The notes under the pieces were generated by a model. It searched no databases. It saw nothing but the letters and a program-made list of their open reading frames with translations, and was not told the DNA's origin. 64,000 nucleotides of DNA from a bacterium (GTDB lineage Bacteria; Patescibacteriota; Saccharimonadia; UBA4664), in assembly GCA_016699105.1 (NCBI GenBank), contig CP064960.1, positions 875,696-939,695 of the forward strand. The letters are read 5' to 3'. A program made the position numbers and the translations under genes. Below, one piece after another: positions 61,854 to 64,000 of the stretch (positions are counted from its first letter, which is position 1; every line of letters starts with the position of its first letter).

Positions 61854-62447
61854 TTAAGAAATTGTGTCGTCGATTAGACCGTAGGTCTTGGCTTCGGTTG
61901 CTCCCATCCACCGATCGCGATCGATGTCATTGTGGATTTGCTTCTGGGACCGACCGGTGTTTTCTGCCAAAATCTCTTCGAGCCTCTCTCTGGACTGTAA
62001 CACTTCTCGGGCAGTAATCTCAATATCTGACGGCGTTCCCGAAAATCCAGCTGAACCTTGGTGGATCATAATGCGAGCGTTGGGCAACGCAAAGCGCTTG
62101 CCTTTGGCGCCAGCTGACAGGAGCACCGCACCCATACTAGCGGCCATACCGACGACAATGGTACTGACATCGGGTTTGATGACATTCATGGTGTCGAGCA
62201 TAGCCAGACCGGCGTAGACGCTTCCACCAGGTGAATTGATATACAGCTTGATGTCTTGCTCTTTGGACTGACTCTCGAGGAAAAGAAGTTGGGCGATTAC
62301 GAGATTGGCGACCGTTTCGTCGATTTCGGTACCCAAAAAGATAATGCGATCTTTGAGCAGGCGCGAATAGATATCATACGCGCGCTCACCGCTGCTCGTC
62401 TTTTCGATGACGGTGGGAATGAGAATGGATGATGCTTGATGGTTCAT
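61854..62447 (-). CDS. clpP: ATP-dependent Clp protease proteolytic subunit.
   Basis: ...[28 protein letters not shown]...[14 protein letters not shown]... Confidence 0.9.
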   Translation of the reverse strand: MNHQASSILIPTVIEKTSSGERAYDIYSRLLKDRIIFLGTEIDETVANLVIAQLLFLESQSKEQDIKLYINSPGGSVYAGLAMLDTMNVIKPDVSTIVVGMAASMGAVLLSAGAKGKRFALPNARIMIHQGSAGFSGTPSDIEITAREVLQSRERLEEILAENTGRSQKQIHNDIDRDRWMGATEAKTYGLIDDTIS

Positions 62448-62525
62448 GTAGCTATATTAGCACTCAAATAGCAAGAGTGCCAAGAGGTTCGGATTATTTT
62501 TCGGCGTAAGCTAACAGTTTGGCAA

Positions 62526-63783
62526 TTACCTGGCTTGATTGGAGGTGATTTTTGATTTCAGCTTGGGTGTCAGGTTGTCGAGCTCTTTTTGGGTAGCAGC
62601 ATCTGGATATTGGGCTTTTAAGCGGGTGACTTCAGCTTCCACGGCTTCGTCAGAAACCTGCAATTGCTCCGCTTCAGCCACTGCGGTCAGGAGGAGTGCT
62701 AAGGCTACCCGGCGCTCGGCTTGAGGCTTTAGTCCAGCTTCAAAATCTTCAACGGATTGCTTCGTCATATCGAGATAGCGTTCAAGATTTAGCCCGGAGT
62801 AATGCTAAGTTGCGTTCCATTTCGCTTTTGAGGGAGTCGAGTTGTTGGCGGACGAGGGCTTCTGGAGCGTGATAGGTGCTTTTGGCAATAAGCTCATCAA
62901 GGACCAGAGTTTCATATTCGCGGGCGGCGTTTTCTTCGGCATCACTCTGGAGGCGATCATTAATGTCGTCTTTGAGCTCGGCGGCAGTTTTAAATGGTCC
63001 GACGGTTGTAGCAAAGGCATCGTCGACTTCTGGCAGAACCATTTCGGTGATCGTGCGCATTGTGACCACAAAGGTCACTACTTGTCCGGCCAGTTTGGCC
63101 TCGTGGTAGTCTTTGGGGAAAGTAATATCGAAAGTTTTGGACTTGTCTGGCGCCAGACCGACGAGCTGATCTTCAAAACCGGGGATAAAGTTTCCAGAAC
63201 CGAGGGCTAACGTTTGTTTGGCGGCTGTCGCGCCTGGCACTGCTTCGCCATCTTTAGTACCGGCAAAATCAAAGACAACTTCATCCCCCATTAGAGCGGG
63301 ACGGGTAACTTCGAGCCGGGTTGCTTGGCGGCGGCGCAGATCTTGCAGCATTTCTTCGGCTTTACCGGACGGTACGACAGTAGCGGGTCGCTTAACCTTA
63401 ATCTTCTTATAATCGGCGAGTTTGGGCTTGGCTAAGAGTTCGACGGTGACCTGATATTCAAGCTCAGTATAAGGCACAAATTTGACAATCGAGACTTCGG
63501 GAGCAGCTACGACCGGTAGTTTTTCTTGGCTCAAAGCTTCGGAATACGTCTGTTGTAGGGCATGATCGACGACTTCACTTTGGACGAGTGAGCTACCGAG
63601 TGAGCGCTCGACCAGATGGTCGGGTGCTTTGCCGGGCCGGAAGCCCGGAGCTTTGGCCCGAGGTCGCAGGTCGTCGAAGACATGTTTGCGAATGAGCTCG
63701 AGTCGCTCAGCCGGTACGGTGACCGTGAATTCGGCTTGGTTATCGGATCGTTTGGTGAAGTTGAGTGTAAGTGGCAGTGTCAT
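62526..63783 (-). CDS. tig: Trigger factor (frameshift near 62770-62800).
   Basis: MTLPLTLNFTKRSDNQAEFTVTVPAE... plus a PPIase-like region. The C-terminus is in track ORF 62526-62768. Confidence 0.8.
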
Positions 63784-63824
63784 ATCGCTAGCTAGGTTAG
63801 CACAGATCTAGCCGCCGGTATAGC

Positions 63825-64000
63825 CTAGTTGAGTGTCAAAATAGGTATCGGTGTGACCGTGGGCGCCGGTGTCGGTGTGGGCGGGAGCGCAATGGTGACC
63901 GAAACTACCGCCGTGGGGGCAGATTCATTACCGGCCGCATCGACAGCTGTCACCATATAGGTGTAGGTATTTCCAGCAGTAACCGCTCCATCGGCGTAAG
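63825..64000 (-). CDS. C-terminal fragment of a fibronectin-type-III-containing protein; the gene continues past the window end.
   Basis: The reverse strand reads ...YADGAVTAGNTYTYMVTAVDAAGNESAPTAVVSVTIALPPTPTPAPTVTPIPILTLN*. TYTY.V.AVD.AGNES is a typical Fn3 C-terminal strand motif. Confidence 0.5.
   Translation of the reverse strand, partial: YADGAVTAGNTYTYMVTAVDAAGNESAPTAVVSVTIALPPTPTPAPTVTPIPILTLN

Overview
This 64-kb window comes from a small-genome bacterium with about 50% GC. Its gene order and content suggest a CPR/Saccharibacteria-like organism, but that is an inference. The left ~7.3 kb is a lower-GC accessory island that ends at a tRNA-Trp gene. It carries a large serine recombinase, a replication-relaxation-type winged-helix protein, a DUF3768 protein, a GIY-YIG nuclease, a 533-aa protein with a C-terminal HEPN-like Rx4H motif, a PD-(D/E)xK-like gene, two paralogous promoter-like repeats and a palindromic operator. 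The rest is core. There is an rpmG-tRNA cluster (Thr, Tyr, later Thr), a ~6.3-kb gene for a ~2100-aa beta-helix surface protein, and holB, an RluA-family gene and a K+ channel. A long minus-strand translation/transcription super-cluster follows, running from rpsI-rplM through rpoC-rpoB. Inserted in it are rnhA, rarA, a GT2/deacetylase module, two NUDIX genes, a dockerin-bearing beta-helix protein, a Mur ligase and an ABC-F ATPase. An MFS transporter, clpP and tig come next, and the window ends with the C-terminal fragment of a fibronectin-III-containing gene. Many essential genes are broken by single-base indels in homopolymer runs. I treat these as sequencing artefacts, so frameshifted CDSs are reported as single genes with approximate ends.
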